Source: Eledone cirrhosa
Lineage: Eukaryota
Direction: 5' to 3'
Length of the DNA: 64,000 bases
Assembly: GCA_964016885.1 (NCBI GenBank)
Contig: OZ024742.1
Location: 204,972,001-205,036,000 of the forward strand
Shown here: one piece after another, positions 63,616 through 64,000 of the stretch
Layout of the letters: the number at the start of each line of letters is the position of its first letter
Numbering within the stretch: the first letter of the stretch is position 1
The notes under the pieces: generated by a model
What the model was told of the DNA's origin: nothing
Database searches by the model: none
What the model saw: only the letters and a program-made list of their open reading frames with translations
Made by a program: the position numbers and the translations under genes

Positions 63616-64000
63616 CTATCAGATTGGTCGATGTGACCCTATGTATCTGAAATAACAAAGAATTAAGCAATGTTTGGTAGAGGGTTTTATTTGTTTTGTT
63701 TTGTTTTACTTTTAATTTTCTGGTTGCATCAATTTGCAGAGAAACCTAATATGACTTTGTATAGATAACAGATGGGGATGGAGAGGAGAAAGATTTTTCA
63801 GGAGGAAATCTGAGATAGTGAGAACTTTTTGTTAATACTATACATATATTTTCCTTTTATCTGTCTCTGTGAATGTCTCCCTCCCCTTTCTTTTTCTCTT
63901 TCATACATTTATATATATATATGTGTGTGTGTATTTACATATATGCATGTATTTATATATGTATGTATATATATATGTATGTGTTTATATATGTATGTGT

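Noticed and set aside
63690-63770. Next DAP3 exon after the T-rich tract and TTTGCAG
   Set aside because: The phase-0 reading stops after a few codons and shows no DAP3 similarity; the next exon is probably beyond the window.

Overview
Eukaryotic genomic DNA, most likely Octopus/cephalopod, judged from the SINE and RTE-tail motifs. Bases 1-~43,078 are a ~1,700-copy array of a 25-bp satellite (consensus GACAGTAGATAGACTGTCTGACTGG) with nested kb-scale duplications. The array is interrupted ten times by a ~110-160 bp non-satellite module. That module is a copy of the array's own right-hand junction and reads as a GT...pyrimidine-tract...CAG mini-intron on the + strand. The ORF track misses the host gene. 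Three + strand exons (47117-47225, 49232-49324, 58137-58273) splice in frame into DAP3/MRPS29, including its P-loop GERGVGKT. The intron between the first two exons is a U12-type minor intron. I found no upstream DAP3 exon between the array and 47.1 kb, so the satellite probably lies inside a >47 kb DAP3 intron (inference). The introns contain: a near-full-length RTE LINE with a PHD finger inside its RT; several truncated RTEs; tRNA/CORE-like SINEs built from RTE 5' and 3' ends; a decayed R4/Dong LINE split by a TTAA MITE and a Ty3/Gypsy element; and several mini- and microsatellites. All minus-strand ORFs in 1-43 kb are repeat artefacts. Coordinates were read by eye and may be off by a few bases; family assignments come from recalled motifs, not database searches.
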